This document shows positions 63,169-64,000 of a DNA stretch of 64,000 nucleotides, piece after piece. This DNA comes from Squalus acanthias. Its lineage: Eukaryota. A program made the translations under genes and the position numbers. The stretch is taken from contig CM059431.1 of NCBI GenBank assembly GCA_030390025.1, positions 145,702,001 through 145,766,000 of the forward strand. The letters are read 5' to 3'. Numbering within the stretch: position 1 is the first letter of the stretch; every line of letters starts with the position of its first letter. The notes beneath the pieces are model-generated. The model made no database searches and was not told the origin of the DNA. It worked only from the letters and a program-made list of their open reading frames with translations.

Positions 63169-64000
63169 TCATGCCTCTGGGTTGAATGGGGCAGATGGGA
63201 TCAGAGCGCCAGTGGCTGTAGCCACCTTCCCTGGGCCACAAACAGGACTCTGATGGCCACTACTATTATGTCCAGTGTGAGGGAAGACGTCGGAGCCTCT
63301 ACTTTTGGGGCAGGAGTTGGGGACTTCTTTGCTAGGCTCTCCTTCCAGGGATTCCTACAGTCCTTTCTCCAGTGCCCAGTCTTCCCGCACCCGAAGCAGC
63401 TACGCTTCGTGTCGGAAGGTTTACCACCTTCCTGGTGCCACTCCTTCTTATCCTGACTGGGCTTTATCTCATGCACCTTCCCTTTCGGTGGGGTGTCTTC
63501 ATCTCCCCTAACGTTCCAGTAGGCTATTGTCAGTTGCCCTGACCACTGCCTCCTCGGTGACCCGGGGCTATCTTGGTCAAACCAAAGCTCAGCCTTGGCT
63601 TTGACTCGTGGCAAGCTGTTTGCCACTACTCTACGGAGCCAGTGGGCCAGCTCGTCCCGGTTCAGGTAAGCCCTGTCGAGAGCCCCATTACAAGCACCCC
63701 TGTACACCGGCCACAGCCTGTCTGCGAAAACCTGTTGGGTCTCCCCTGCGAGCTGCACTGTTTTCTCCACCCGGGAGAAAGGACATCCCTCAGTCATTCC
63801 CATGGCCTCTAATACTTCCTCCCTGAAGGCAGCATACCCGGTCTGTCCTCCCTTGCTCTCAGTAGAGAGTGACTGGTACAATTTGCCATCTAATGAGAAC
63901 AAGAGCAATTTTGCCATATCGGCATCGTCAATCGTAATGGCTCCTGATTGTTCCACCTCCATGAAGTGGACTGAGGGGTCTTCCTTTTGGGTAAGTTTAC
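63169..64000 (-). pseudogene. gag: gag 3' half of copy B (runs off the right edge)
   Basis: ORF 63201-63962, near-identical to copy A. Confidence 0.9.

Larger units (their letters stand above)
55070..64000 (-). mobile_element. Endogenous retrovirus-like element, copy B (gag 3' half, pro-pol, env, PPT, 3' LTR); lokiretrovirus-like
   Basis: Domain order PR-RT-tether-RNase H-IN-env-PPT-LTR. Confidence 0.92.

Overview
Repeat-rich eukaryotic DNA, most likely from a cartilaginous fish. This is inferred from the CR1/L2/Penelope families present and the two-exon GPR139/142-like GPCRs. The most notable element is a degenerate minus-strand endogenous retrovirus-like LTR element (55070-64000, with a near-identical second copy at 1-3744). 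It has ~1.1 kb TG..CA LTRs, a tRNA-Arg(TCG) PBS overlapping the gag ATG, and Gag with a CCHC knuckle and PSAP motif. An in-frame TGA-C separates gag from pro. Pol carries two RNase H domains (degenerate tether plus retrovirus-type RNase H). The env, probably spliced, looks like an Ig-like domain joined to a paramyxo/pneumovirus-F-like class I fusion protein, i.e. a lokiretrovirus-like organisation. Bases 1-1617 recur ~62.38 kb later, so the window may span one unit of a ~62.4 kb tandem duplication or a contig overlap. Between the two copies lies a ~26 kb palindrome with ~9 kb arms. It holds an intact and a pseudogenised GPR139-like gene, each next to a 26-bp satellite, around a B3GALT pseudogene. 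The rest is CR1/L2/Penelope LINEs (two with hammerhead-ribozyme remnants) and a 48-bp minisatellite. All family calls come from motif recognition by eye; no searches were run.
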